From IMG/VR virus record IMGVR_UViG_3300030419_006726, positions 90,916 to 154,915 of that record: 64,000 nt of DNA. One strand, written 5' to 3'. Source of the DNA: a virus. Under the pieces are notes generated by a model. That model saw nothing but the letters and a program-made list of their open reading frames with translations. It was not told the DNA's origin and did not search any database. The position numbers were made by a program, and so were the translations under genes. This document shows positions 9,746 through 18,255 of the stretch, piece by piece (the first letter of the stretch is position 1; each line of letters opens with the position of its first letter).

Positions 9746-10080
9746 AAATCACAAAATCACAACTTAGACAAATTGTTGAGGAAGAACTAAAAGAGGTTAG
9801 AGCTAGCATGATGGGTACCGATTGGGCCTCCTTTCCTCCTCGTGATTTTGAGAGCCATGGTGAAGGTTCGATGGCCGTCAATCAATTGCACCGCACAGAA
9901 GAACTTGCAAGAAAGCTACAAGACATGATTTCTAAGGACGACAATCTAGAAGAGTGGGTAGAGTCGAAAATCACAAAAGCTCAAGATTATTTGTCATCTG
10001 TACTAAATTACATGAGCGGCGAAAGAGGTCAGGTCGCCGAATTGCGCAACCAACTTAGCACCAATTCTGAACAAAAATGA
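9742..10080 (+). CDS. Hypothetical protein with MKITKSQLRQIVEEEL tag
   Basis: N-terminal tag; the EGSMA...DDNLEEWVESKITKAQDYL domain recurs in T4-like phage hypotheticals. Confidence 0.7.
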   Translation: MKITKSQLRQIVEEELKEVRASMMGTDWASFPPRDFESHGEGSMAVNQLHRTEELARKLQDMISKDDNLEEWVESKITKAQDYLSSVLNYMSGERGQVAELRNQLSTNSEQK

Positions 10081-10469
10081 GTTGGCGCCTTGTTAAATTG
10101 CAGTTATCAAAATTTTGGCTTTGGCTAAAAAAGAACTGGAAAGTAGCCAGTATTGTCGTGTTGTCTTTGACTGTTGCCTTTTTGTTGAAAAGAGACAGGA
10201 GAGTGGTTGCCGAATCCCTGAAGATTGCGCAAGAGAGCTATAAGAATCAGATCGACGCTCTGAACGAGAGTTACGCAAGAGAAGAGTTGCGCCGTGCAGA
10301 AGCTGCCGAAAACTATCAAAATACAGTCGAGAAAATAGAGAGGGACTATTTGAAAGACAAAAGAAAACTCTCAAATGAAGAAAAGAAGAGACTGAAAGAA
10401 TTGATCGACTCTTCCCCAGAAGAGCTTGATTTATTAATCGAAGAGGAGTTTGGTTTTGAAAAAGTATGA
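10077..10469 (+). CDS. N-terminally anchored coiled-coil membrane protein (i-spanin-like)
   Basis: Basic N-terminus, one TM segment (VASIVVLSLTVAFLL), then a charged coiled coil. Confidence 0.45.
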   Translation: MSWRLVKLQLSKFWLWLKKNWKVASIVVLSLTVAFLLKRDRRVVAESLKIAQESYKNQIDALNESYAREELRRAEAAENYQNTVEKIERDYLKDKRKLSNEEKKRLKELIDSSPEELDLLIEEEFGFEKV

Positions 10470-10602
10470 TGAAATAAAAGATTGGCTTGATTCAAGGGGT
10501 CTAACAACGGCAGATGTAATCAAGCTTTCTGCAACTTTTGTAATTTCTGTTGGAATCATCGGGATTATGTTGTATGGAGCGATAGCTGCATTAGTGCTAT
10601 AA
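10456..10602 (+). CDS. 48-aa single-TM protein (absent from the ORF track)
   Basis: TTG start after GAGGAG; encodes MKKYDEIKDWLDSRGLTTADVIKLSATFVISVGIIGIMLYGAIAALVL. Confidence 0.55.
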   Translation: MKKYDEIKDWLDSRGLTTADVIKLSATFVISVGIIGIMLYGAIAALVL

Positions 10603-10642
10603 AATTATTAAGATTAGTGTTATAATTTGTTTTGAGGTGTAA

Positions 10643-11074
10643 ATGAAGAACCTAGCAATACTAATTGGCTTATGCGTGTCAACGGCCGCATACGCTGATC
10701 CGCAATTTACGGATCTACAAGAAGGCGACCCTGCCCCTTTTGACGGGAAGCTGTTTAATTATGAGGCTGTTTCGCAATTAATTGTAAGCAGGGAATTAGC
10801 CGAAGAAGAGTGTGATATAGAAACACAATATCAATTAGACTTGCAAGCCGCACAACATCAGCTTGAGGTCGAGCGCTTTCAGATTCGTTACGATGGTTTG
10901 CAAGAAAGATACGATGCTATGAATTTGCTGAAGGATGATGAAGTCGCACGCCTTCAGGATCTGATAGGCGAACATCCCAATCGCCGTAGCGTCTGGATGT
11001 TTGCCGGCGGTGTTGTTGCGGGAATTGGAACATCTATCGCAATCATGTATGCGACTGCAGAACTAACGGATTAG
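10643..11074 (+). CDS. Exported coiled-coil protein with C-terminal TM (spanin-like)
   Basis: Signal peptide ending AYA, GDPAPFDG motif, coiled coil, C-terminal FAGGVVAGIGTSIAI; upstream TGnTATAAT at 10618-10626. Confidence 0.5.
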   Translation: MKNLAILIGLCVSTAAYADPQFTDLQEGDPAPFDGKLFNYEAVSQLIVSRELAEEECDIETQYQLDLQAAQHQLEVERFQIRYDGLQERYDAMNLLKDDEVARLQDLIGEHPNRRSVWMFAGGVVAGIGTSIAIMYATAELTD

Positions 11075-11082
11075 GAGAGAGT

Positions 11083-11400
11083 ATGACTTTTGCTGTACCG
11101 GTTGATGAAAAAACACCGCAAAGTGTTTTAAAAGAGCAGCTCGACATGGGCGCTAGATTAATGTTGACAATTCCCTTTGGATCAACTATTAACAATATGG
11201 AAGGATTTATATCTGTCATGGGCGCAAAGAATATACATGATCCAGTCATGACGTTCTGTGTTGGAAAGCCAACTGGAGGCTGTATTGTTTCTACAATTGT
11301 TTTTGATAATGCAAAAACGTATTCTACTTTTATTGAAAAGCTTCACAATGATCGATATATTAATTTTGAGTTGCTTGACGAAGACAAGATATTAAATTAA
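11083..11400 (+). CDS. Hypothetical protein
   Basis: AGGAG RBS; fills the gap between neighbouring genes. Confidence 0.55.
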   Translation: MTFAVPVDEKTPQSVLKEQLDMGARLMLTIPFGSTINNMEGFISVMGAKNIHDPVMTFCVGKPTGGCIVSTIVFDNAKTYSTFIEKLHNDRYINFELLDEDKILN

Positions 11401-11817
11401 ATGAAAAAAGATCCTGATAAAATTGCTAGAATAGAAAAGGCCATGGCAAAGAAATATGGCATAGAGTCTGTACAGAATCCAAAATCAAATTGGAACGAAG
11501 AGAAAGAAAGACAATATCTAGAGCAATTAAAAAAGTTCGATGAGAAACATCGGAAAGCATCATCAACTTCTGATAAAGTTGAAGTTAATGGTGTTTTTGT
11601 TTCAAAAAAACTACTTAATAGAGAGTCTATTGATTGGAATCGCACTTGTTCTGTTTGTAGTGAACACACAATTGAAAAACGAGATGATATTTATTTTTTA
11701 AAATTTGATTGTTGTTTAATGTGTTACATAAAATATATCGAAGACAGAGAAGAACGATGGCTATCAGGATGGAGACCAGATTTAGGAGAAAATAAAAAAG
11801 ATGGCAACAACACTTGA
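11401..11817 (+). CDS. Hypothetical protein with Cys cluster (CSVC...CCLMC)
   Basis: Abuts its neighbours; probable Zn-binding motif; ends REERWLSGWRP. Confidence 0.6.
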   Translation: MKKDPDKIARIEKAMAKKYGIESVQNPKSNWNEEKERQYLEQLKKFDEKHRKASSTSDKVEVNGVFVSKKLLNRESIDWNRTCSVCSEHTIEKRDDIYFLKFDCCLMCYIKYIEDREERWLSGWRPDLGENKKDGNNT

Positions 11818-12355
11818 AATTATTAGAGGTCTTGCACAAGCGGCTGCAAATGGTTATGACGGCAGTCATGTGGAGAGTATGAGCCATGATGGTGAGGCTA
11901 GAAAAATTGGACTGAAAAGGGAAGAAGGGAGCCCCATCAACGATTCTCGCGTTGTTGACGGTTTTAGTGTGAAGTTTCACGGAAACCAATTGTGCATCCA
12001 TTACCAGTCAGATGTTCAGCTAAAAGAAGTCTACGGAAAGGATTTCGAATCAGAGATGGAGAGCATGATCGACAAAGTAAAAAACTTCCTGCAGAAAGAG
12101 TATAAAAAAATAACAGGCGAAAGCGTCTCTTTGAAAAAGGACCCAGACAGCGAAGTCCAAGTGTTGGTACAAAACACTTCAAGAGTTCGCACGTGGGTTC
12201 AGGCGTATTGTTATTACAATATTGGCGGTATCGATGGCGTAGATCAGATTGTTGAGGATAGCGAAGATCGTCTGGATGCTAATTTTAAAAGCTTTCTAGA
12301 TCAGGGCGGCTTCGGCAAGCGCCCAAAGAATGATACTCGCAAGAAAGCGAAATGA
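11801..12355 (+). CDS. Hypothetical protein directly upstream of terminase
   Basis: AGGAG RBS; overlaps the upstream gene; ACTACTTA motif at 11610-11617. Confidence 0.6.
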   Translation: MATTLEIIRGLAQAAANGYDGSHVESMSHDGEARKIGLKREEGSPINDSRVVDGFSVKFHGNQLCIHYQSDVQLKEVYGKDFESEMESMIDKVKNFLQKEYKKITGESVSLKKDPDSEVQVLVQNTSRVRTWVQAYCYYNIGGIDGVDQIVEDSEDRLDANFKSFLDQGGFGKRPKNDTRKKAK

Positions 12356-12356
12356 A

Positions 12357-13946
12357 ATGTCGTATCAATTATCGAAGAAACAGATAATAAAGGAAATTAT
12401 TGCTTGCGGAAAAGATCCAGTTTACTTTCTTAATAATTATGCAAAAATTTCTCACCCGTTACATGGAAGTATTCCATTTAAGACTTACGATTTCCAAACG
12501 CAATTGTTAAAAGATTTTAACGATTATCGTTTTAATGTTATACTAAAAGCCCGACAGTTAGGTATCTCCACGATCACTGCGGGTTATGTTGTTTGGATGA
12601 TGCTGTTTCATAAAGATAAGAACATTCTTGTTATGGCAACAAAATTCGGAACTGCTGCAAACTTGGTCAAAAAAGTTAAAGCAATTATGAAAAACCTACC
12701 AGATTGGTTGTCGATTGCAAGTATTGAAATCGATAACAGAACCTCTTTTGAATTAACAAATGGTTCACAAATTAAAGCCTCTTCAACATCAGCCGACGCT
12801 GGTCGTTCAGAGGCTTTGTCTTTGTTGGTGCTCGATGAGGCCGCGCATATTGATGGTCTAGATGATTTATGGACTGGTCTATATCCTACACTATCGACTG
12901 GTGGTCGCTGCATCGCTCTGTCAACTCCAAATGGTGTTGGTAACTGGTTCCACAAAGCATATACCGAAGCAGAACAGAGCGCAAATGACTTCTACCCAAC
13001 GCGTCTTCCGTGGGATATCCATCCGGATCGCGACTTGGAGTGGTTTGAGAAAGAGACACGCAACATGTCCCGCAGACAAATTGCACAAGAGCTTGAGTGC
13101 AATTTCAACACCTCTGGAGACACTGTGATCCACCCAGACGACATTAAGAGAATTCTAGAATACACTAAAGAGCCTCGACATAAAACAGCGTTTGATAGAA
13201 ATTTCTGGATTTGGGAAGAGTGTCAGCCAGACAGTACATATTTGATGGTAGCCGACGTTGCTCGCGGCGATGGTAAAGACTATTCTGTCTTTCACATTGT
13301 CAAGCTAGAGACAATGGAGGTGGTAGCAGAGTATCAGGGGAAATTAGCACCAGATGTTTTTGCGAACATGCTAAATCAAGTAGGTAGAGAGTATGGCGGT
13401 TGTATGCTAGTTGTTGAAAATAATAGCATAGGCCACACGGTTTTGACAAAGTTGTCTGAAATGGAATATCCAAATATATATCATTCAATCAAGGCGACAC
13501 ATGAATATATTGATCAATATCAGGCCGAAAGTATGAACAGTGCTGTCCCGGGTTTTACCAATTCGATGAAAACACGCCCCTTAATCGTTGCAAAACTTGA
13601 AGAATTCATAAGAAATAAACTAATTACCATATATTCAAACAGATTAGCAAACGAATTAAAGACTTTTATTTGGCATAATGGTCGTCCTCAAGCGATGCGC
13701 AGTTATAATGACGATTTGGTCATGGCGCTAGCGATTGCTTGTTGGATCCGCGACACAGCTCTTCAAGTCAATGAAAGAGAATTGGAATATAACAAGGCAT
13801 TTTTAGGTTCAATGGTTTACACAGGCAAAACTTTCAACACAGCAATCCCCGGGATGCATAACTATGACAAGAGTAGTTCGTTAAAGCAAAAGGCCACCGA
13901 ATCTCATAAACAGCAAAAAGAATTTATTTGGTTACTAAAAGGATAA
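12357..13946 (+). CDS. Terminase large subunit (T4 gp17-like)
   Basis: Walker A KARQLGIST, Walker B LLVLDEAA, STPNG coupling motif, nuclease ADVARGDGKDYS and DDLVMA. Confidence 0.95.
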   Translation: MSYQLSKKQIIKEIIACGKDPVYFLNNYAKISHPLHGSIPFKTYDFQTQLLKDFNDYRFNVILKARQLGISTITAGYVVWMMLFHKDKNILVMATKFGTAANLVKKVKAIMKNLPDWLSIASIEIDNRTSFELTNGSQIKASSTSADAGRSEALSLLVLDEAAHIDGLDDLWTGLYPTLSTGGRCIALSTPNGVGNWFHKAYTEAEQSANDFYPTRLPWDIHPDRDLEWFEKETRNMSRRQIAQELECNFNTSGDTVIHPDDIKRILEYTKEPRHKTAFDRNFWIWEECQPDSTYLMVADVARGDGKDYSVFHIVKLETMEVVAEYQGKLAPDVFANMLNQVGREYGGCMLVVENNSIGHTVLTKLSEMEYPNIYHSIKATHEYIDQYQAESMNSAVPGFTNSMKTRPLIVAKLEEFIRNKLITIYSNRLANELKTFIWHNGRPQAMRSYNDDLVMALAIACWIRDTALQVNERELEYNKAFLGSMVYTGKTFNTAIPGMHNYDKSSSLKQKATESHKQQKEFIWLLKG

Positions 13947-13949
13947 AGC

Positions 13950-15899
13950 ATGGCACGAAGAGATAAAAATCCAAGAAATCCAGAATCTCAGTTATTTAAA
14001 AGACTGACTAGATTATTTTCTGGCCCCATCGTAAACCACAGAACGGAGACGGGTCGGAGGATTCGTAGACAACATCTGGACAAATATGCGCAAAACTTCA
14101 GAAGCGCCAGCGGGCAACAGTTTAAGAAAAGCACCTACAACCCAATGGATACATTGGCTGCTAATGCTATTTCAAATCAAAGAAGGTCTGAGAGATATGT
14201 CGATTTCGACCAAATGGAATACACGCCTGAGATTGCATCGACATTGGACATTTATGCAGACGAGATGACAACCTCATCAGAATTGCAGCCAATGCTAAGA
14301 ATTAAGTGTCCGAACGAAGAAATTAAAGCTGTTCTTGGCACACTGTACAAAAACATACTTAACACTGAAGCGAATCTTTTTGGTTGGTGTCGAACGATGT
14401 GCAAGTATGGAGATTTTATATTATACCTCGATATTGATGAGGACATGGGTATCAAGACTGTTATTCCAATTCCACCACATGAAGTCGAAAGGCTTGAAGG
14501 CGAGGATAAAACAAATCCAAACTACATCCAATACCAGTGGAATTCCGCCGGCCTGACATTTGAAAATTGGCAAATTGCACATTTTCGTATTTTAGGAAAT
14601 GATAAGTATGCACCGTATGGCAGTTCCGTTCTTGAGCCTGCCCGTCGAATTTGGAGACAGCTTACACTGATGGAAGACGCTATGATGGCCTATCGTGTCG
14701 TTCGCTCTTCTGAACGTCGCGTGTTTTACATCGATGTTGGATCAATTGCCCCACAAGATGTAGAGCAATATATGCAAAAGGTTGTCACTCAAATGAAGCG
14801 CAACCAAGTTGTAGATCCAGATACAGGCCGAGTTGACTTGCGCTACAACCCACTCAGTATCGAGGAAGATTATTTTATCCCTCAACGAGCCGGCCAGTCT
14901 TCAAAGATAGAGAATCTTGGAGCCGGCGCCAACACTACAGCTATTGATGACGTGAAATATCTCCGAGACAAGTTGTTTGCTGCGCTTAAGGTGCCTCAGT
15001 CATATTTGTCCCGAGGCGAAGGCGCAGAAGAAGATAAGACAACGTTGGCACAGAAAGATGTTCGCTTCGCTAGAACCATTCAAAGATTGCAGAGAGTTGT
15101 AATTTCGGAATTGGAAAAGATTGGAATTATTCATCTTTATACTCTTGGGTTTAGAAATGATGACTTGTTGAGTTTCAAATTGTCCCTCAGTAATCCATCA
15201 AAGATCGCCGAACTTCAAGAGCTTGAGCATTGGAAAACAAAGTTTGATACAGCAGCTGCCGCAACCGAGGGCTTCTTTAGTCGTCGCTGGGTTGCAGAGC
15301 ACGTGTTCAACCTATCAGAAGAAGAGTTCCTTCGCAATCAGCGTGAAATGTACTACGATAGAAAGGTGGACGCATCTCTTGAGGCTGCAGCTGCAGCACC
15401 CGCCGCCGGCGGTGGCGGTGACTTAGGTGGTGGCTTAGGCGGCGACTTGGGCGGTGATTTGGGCGGCGATTTAGGTGGAGATCTTGGGGATGAGGACCTT
15501 GGTGGCGAAGAGCCTGCCGAAGACGAAGGCATGCTCTTGGCTGAGCCAGATGCACCAGCAAATCGCGACTCCCCAAAGCCGGGCGAGGTTTATTCCCGCC
15601 GCGGCTGGAAAGGCAAAACACACGAGAAAGCCAGAAATTATCGAAAGGGCGGCTTTAAAAAGAATCAAATGCACGCGGCCAGCCCAGAGATTTCAGCAAG
15701 AACCGCCATTCCTGGCTTGAAAGATTTCCAAGGACTAGCAAGAATGAGCAATCTTTTTGAAGAGAAGCAGTCTAATTATATATTGAATGATAACAAAGAA
15801 GAAAAGAGATTGTTCAAAGTCAATTACGATATTAGGACACTTTTAGAAAACCTAGAGTCGAAAGATGTATTGGAGTCAGGTAAAAATGAAGAGACATAA
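13950..15899 (+). CDS. Portal protein (T4 gp20-like)
   Basis: QLTLMEDAMMAYRVVRSSERRVFYIDVG, EDYFIP and DVRFARTIQRLQ motifs; follows terminase. Confidence 0.93.
   Translation: MARRDKNPRNPESQLFKRLTRLFSGPIVNHRTETGRRIRRQHLDKYAQNFRSASGQQFKKSTYNPMDTLAANAISNQRRSERYVDFDQMEYTPEIASTLDIYADEMTTSSELQPMLRIKCPNEEIKAVLGTLYKNILNTEANLFGWCRTMCKYGDFILYLDIDEDMGIKTVIPIPPHEVERLEGEDKTNPNYIQYQWNSAGLTFENWQIAHFRILGNDKYAPYGSSVLEPARRIWRQLTLMEDAMMAYRVVRSSERRVFYIDVGSIAPQDVEQYMQKVVTQMKRNQVVDPDTGRVDLRYNPLSIEEDYFIPQRAGQSSKIENLGAGANTTAIDDVKYLRDKLFAALKVPQSYLSRGEGAEEDKTTLAQKDVRFARTIQRLQRVVISELEKIGIIHLYTLGFRNDDLLSFKLSLSNPSKIAELQELEHWKTKFDTAAAATEGFFSRRWVAEHVFNLSEEEFLRNQREMYYDRKVDASLEAAAAAPAAGGGGDLGGGLGGDLGGDLGGDLGGDLGDEDLGGEEPAEDEGMLLAEPDAPANRDSPKPGEVYSRRGWKGKTHEKARNYRKGGFKKNQMHAASPEISARTAIPGLKDFQGLARMSNLFEEKQSNYILNDNKEEKRLFKVNYDIRTLLENLESKDVLESGKNEET
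15408..15506 (+). repeat. 12-bp tandem coding repeat (GGDL)n in the portal C-terminal tail
   Basis: Encodes GGGGDLGGGLGGDLGGDLGGDLGGDLGDEDLGG. Confidence 0.85.
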
Positions 15900-16704
15900 T
15901 AAAAAAAGAAATACAGCGTTTTTATATGAGACATTGGTCGTTGAGTTAACAAAGAGCATTGTTCAGAAAAATCAGAAAAGAAAAGAACAAATTTCAGAGA
16001 TGCTAAAGACTCACTTTGACCAAGGAACCATGCTGAGAAAAGAGTTGGATCTTTTTAAGGCCTTGTTGGAGACGGATGGTCTCGACATGAAAACGTCAGA
16101 AAGATTATTAACAGAAGCAAAGCGACAATACACTTCTTTGAATAAAGAGAGGATATTTGAGGAACAAAGCGAACTAATCAAGAAGATTAATACCACTTTG
16201 TCAAAGGGCGTGTTTTCTAATTTTATGCCAAATTATAAAGACTTGGCCACTATTGGACAAATATTCAGCGATTCGACACCAATAAAGAGCAGAGTCTTGT
16301 TGGAAAACAAAGTCGTAGAAAAGCTCTCCAGCAAAGAGCCAACAAAAGAGCCTTCAATGCAGCCGATTGATAACATTGTATACAAGACCTTTGTTAACAA
16401 GTTTAATGAGCAATATAGTGGAAAGTTAACTGAACAACAGCAGGCGCTGTTGTCTTATTATATTTCTTCATTTGCTGACAATGGATTACAGCTCAAGATA
16501 TTTTTGAACGAAGAGTTGACAAGGTTAAAAAATAGTTTGGCTGCCTCGCTCCACACCAGCGAGATTAGTGCGGATAACGATATGGTCAATAGCACAAACA
16601 AAGTTATCGCTAAATTGGAGGAGTATAAAAATGTTCCAATCGACAAAACGATGATCGAGAGCATTCTGAAGACTCAAGAACTTGTTAGGGAGATTGAAAG
16701 CTAA
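15886..16704 (+). CDS. Conserved head-module protein (HNKKRNT motif), possible prohead core component
   Basis: MKRHNKKRNTAFLYE start; lies between portal and protease; TCTAATTA motif at 15771-15778. Confidence 0.6.
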   Translation: MKRHNKKRNTAFLYETLVVELTKSIVQKNQKRKEQISEMLKTHFDQGTMLRKELDLFKALLETDGLDMKTSERLLTEAKRQYTSLNKERIFEEQSELIKKINTTLSKGVFSNFMPNYKDLATIGQIFSDSTPIKSRVLLENKVVEKLSSKEPTKEPSMQPIDNIVYKTFVNKFNEQYSGKLTEQQQALLSYYISSFADNGLQLKIFLNEELTRLKNSLAASLHTSEISADNDMVNSTNKVIAKLEEYKNVPIDKTMIESILKTQELVREIES

Positions 16705-17240
16705 TGCCCGTCAATGTTACAATTGGCACGAAAGAAGAGCCGAGAACAATAACTTTAGAATTAAATGCTAGGACGAGCATGGCTGGCGATATAATGATTT
16801 TCGACCACGCAGATATTGATATTGTTTTGGTCTTGAAAGAAGGCAAGGTTTTGACCTTTCCTAAAGATATAATGTCAGAAGTTGTGTACGGAGCACAAAA
16901 TCGTCTGTTTACATACCTTCGATCAAAGGGCTTAATCAAATACGAGTCAATCCAAGGTGGAAGCATTTACGGATCTATGGAAGCCACTTTGCAAGAGGGT
17001 GAAAATTTTAATCCTGTTGACATGACACTGATTAATGTTTCGAAATGGATTGGTGATGAGCGTCCATATTTCGAATACATGGAATCTTATGAAGATATGG
17101 ATGCGGAACGCATGCTCGATCCGGACAACATGTCCAGCACGGAGCTAGGCGAAGTTCCTCATGAAGAAAAGAAGGGATCCATTCGCCCGGGCTGGATGAG
17201 AGACCCGTATAGTTTGAATTACTTGTATACATCTGGATAG
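16704..17240 (+). CDS. Hypothetical head-module protein
   Basis: Coupled to the upstream gene (TAATG); ends STELGEVPHEEKKGSIRP. Confidence 0.6.
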   Translation: MPVNVTIGTKEEPRTITLELNARTSMAGDIMIFDHADIDIVLVLKEGKVLTFPKDIMSEVVYGAQNRLFTYLRSKGLIKYESIQGGSIYGSMEATLQEGENFNPVDMTLINVSKWIGDERPYFEYMESYEDMDAERMLDPDNMSSTELGEVPHEEKKGSIRPGWMRDPYSLNYLYTSG

Positions 17241-17247
17241 AGAGGTT

Positions 17248-17577
17248 ATGATGGAATTATTGTGGTTTGTGTTGACCGCATATGGACTAACACAGATTGT
17301 TGTTTACGGGTCAATTTTTAATAAAATTAGACCGACCAAGCGCTGGCTTGGTGGTTTCGGAGAGCTATTTCATTGCCCAATGTGTATGGGCTTTTGGATT
17401 GGCGTTTTTTTGTGTGGCATAAATGGATTTACAGAACTATTTACATTTGATTATAGTATTGCAAATTTTTTAATTTGCGGATGGCTATCTTCGGGTACAT
17501 CATACATTTTTAATGTATTGTTCTGCGATAACGGATTTCAAATAGGAGTACATAATGGACAACCATTGGACAAGTAA
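17248..17577 (+). CDS. DUF1360-like membrane protein
   Basis: FHCPMCMGFW (CPxC..W) between TM segments. Confidence 0.6.
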   Translation: MMELLWFVLTAYGLTQIVVYGSIFNKIRPTKRWLGGFGELFHCPMCMGFWIGVFLCGINGFTELFTFDYSIANFLICGWLSSGTSYIFNVLFCDNGFQIGVHNGQPLDK

Positions 17578-17620
17578 GTGGCGCCTGCAGCCCGTTCGTC
17601 GCTGCTGCAAGGGCTCTTAA
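17555..17620 (+). CDS. 21-aa peptide MDNHWTSKWRLQPVRRCCKGS (absent from the ORF track)
   Basis: AGGAG at 17544-17548; ACTATTTA at 17436-17443; followed by a GC hairpin at 17626-17640. Confidence 0.45.
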   Translation: MDNHWTSKWRLQPVRRCCKGS

Positions 17621-17656
17621 CTCAAGCGGGTAGCGCCCGCACTATAGGTAACAAAC

Positions 17657-18253
17657 ATGGCAAAGAAACTTTTACGAGAATATTATGAATTATGCGAAGG
17701 CGGCATCTGTCAAGATCTTTTAACTGAAGAGGAAAAAAGATATGTAGCCACCGGCGGGATGATTTTGTCTGGAAAACTTCAAGAGGCAGATTGCCAGAAT
17801 GGAAATGGCCGTGTATACCCTCAAGCAATTCTAGAAAGAGAAATGAAGAATTATAAAAAGCTTGTAAAAGAGAGAAGGGCTCTTGGCGAACTAGATCACC
17901 CCGACGATTCAGTTATTAATTTAAAAAATGCATCTCATATGGTGACAGATGTTTGGTGGGACGGCCCTAATGTTATGGGCAAGGTTCAAGTTCTCAACAC
18001 GCCATCGGGCAAGATTCTTAAGGAACTTGTGAACGATGGCGTAAAGTTGGGCATCTCTTCTAGGGGCCTAGGATCCGTTACTGAGAGTCAGGGAAAGACC
18101 ATGGTCGAGGACGATTTTCAGTTAATTTGTTTTGATTTTGTTTCTGAGCCCTCGACGCCAAATGCTTTTATGATCAAAGAAGCAAAAGAAAATAGAGTAT
18201 TTACTAAAGCAGACCGCATCAATAGGGCTTTAAATAGCATCTTGGACGATTAA
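17657..18253 (+). CDS. Prohead core protease (T4 gp21-like)
   Basis: NGNGRVYP, RALGELDHP, GISSRGLGS and DFVSEPSTPNAF motifs. Confidence 0.93.
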   Translation: MAKKLLREYYELCEGGICQDLLTEEEKRYVATGGMILSGKLQEADCQNGNGRVYPQAILEREMKNYKKLVKERRALGELDHPDDSVINLKNASHMVTDVWWDGPNVMGKVQVLNTPSGKILKELVNDGVKLGISSRGLGSVTESQGKTMVEDDFQLICFDFVSEPSTPNAFMIKEAKENRVFTKADRINRALNSILDD

Positions 18254-18255
18254 AA

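Noticed and set aside
10643-11074. Canonical unimolecular spanin
   Set aside because: The Cys context (IGLC) is a poor lipobox and an AYA signal peptidase I site follows, so outer-membrane lipid anchoring is unsupported.
11401-12355. Terminase small subunit assignment
   Set aside because: The position fits, but no gp16-like motif is recognisable in either ORF.
12357-13946. Intein or intron in terminase (also checked RecA, primase and MCP)
   Set aside because: Motif spacing is normal, with no C..HN splice motifs or LAGLIDADG/HNH inserts.
17618-17640. Selenocysteine recoding with the hairpin acting as SECIS
   Set aside because: The micro-ORF has TGC codons and ends in TAA, with no in-frame TGA in this genome.
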